64,000 nt of DNA, from positions 1 through 64,000 of the forward strand of contig CAVWHX010000001.1 of NCBI GenBank assembly GCA_963754925.1, read 5' to 3'. The position numbers and the translations under genes were made by a program. Source of the stretch: an uncultured delta proteobacterium. Lineage in GTDB: Bacteria > Myxococcota > B64-G9. The notes under the pieces are model-generated. The model made no database searches. It was not told the DNA's origin and saw only the letters and a list, made by a program, of their open reading frames with translations. This document shows positions 63,458-64,000 of this stretch, piece after piece; within the stretch, counting starts at the first letter, position 1; each line of letters opens with the position of its first letter.

Positions 63458-64000
63458 ATGAAGCTCTTAGGCGCTGAGATTATTTGGGAGGTCTTGACCC
63501 GTGAAGGGGTGCAGGTGGTGTTTGGCTATCCCGGCGGTGCGATTATGCCGACCTACGACGCCCTGTTGCGATACAAGATCCGGCATGTGTTGATGCGGCA
63601 TGAGCAGGGGGCGGCCCACGCGGCCGACGGCTACGCGCGGGCATCCGGTAGGGTCGGCGTGGCGATGGCCACGTCTGGTCCCGGAGCCACAAATCTGGTG
63701 ACCGGGATCGCGACAGCCATGTTGGATTCGTCGCCGATTGTCTGCATCACCGGCCAGGTGGCATCGCATCTCTTAGGTACGGATGCGTTCCAGGAGGTGG
63801 ATATCACCGGTGTCACGTTGCCTATTACCAAGCACAACTATCTGGTTACGCGTGCTTCCGATATCGCTCCCATGCTCCGCGAGGCGTTTTATGTTGCTTC
63901 ATCCGGCCGACCCGGGCCGGTATTGGTGGATGTCACCAAGGATGCGCAGCAGGGCTCGTGTGAATTCGAATGGGATGAGCGTGAGGTACGCCTGCCGGGG
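63458..64000 (+). CDS. ilvB: Biosynthetic acetolactate synthase large subunit, runs off the window end
   Basis: Manual translation [50 protein letters not shown]. Confidence 0.95.
   Translation, partial: MKLLGAEIIWEVLTREGVQVVFGYPGGAIMPTYDALLRYKIRHVLMRHEQGAAHAADGYARASGRVGVAMATSGPGATNLVTGIATAMLDSSPIVCITGQVASHLLGTDAFQEVDITGVTLPITKHNYLVTRASDIAPMLREAFYVASSGRPGPVLVDVTKDAQQGSCEFEWDEREVRLPG

Overview
Mostly chromosomal DNA of a Myxococcota/deltaproteobacterium-like organism (inferred from the Ser/Thr kinase, sigma54 activators, AgmX-like protein and long SppA). The first ~2.67 kb (idi, aldo-keto reductase, 5' half of glnII) is visibly more GC-rich, looks actinobacterial, and is fused mid-gene to the 3' half of a DNA methyltransferase, probably an assembly chimera. 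About ten genes carry single-base frameshifts typical of long-read error. Gene content: CheY/CheX, tatA/tatB, a PolA-like enzyme lacking the 5'-3' exonuclease, NDH-2, three tandem pectinacetylesterase-like lipoproteins, sppA, proC, an RND pump, a sigma54 two-component system with a cupredoxin-cusCBA operon, miaA and ilvD-ilvB. The most interesting signals are non-coding. (1) A ~230-nt candidate sRNA with three C-rich-loop hairpins, a sigma54 promoter and terminators, divergent from an NtrC-family activator (reminiscent of Pxr). (2) A dispersed ~50-90 bp TAG-flanked hairpin element with covarying stems, tandem GA mismatches and GNA triloops. It has inserted into a MITE (empty site present in the window), in frame into the ilv leader peptide, and at the ilvD stop codon.
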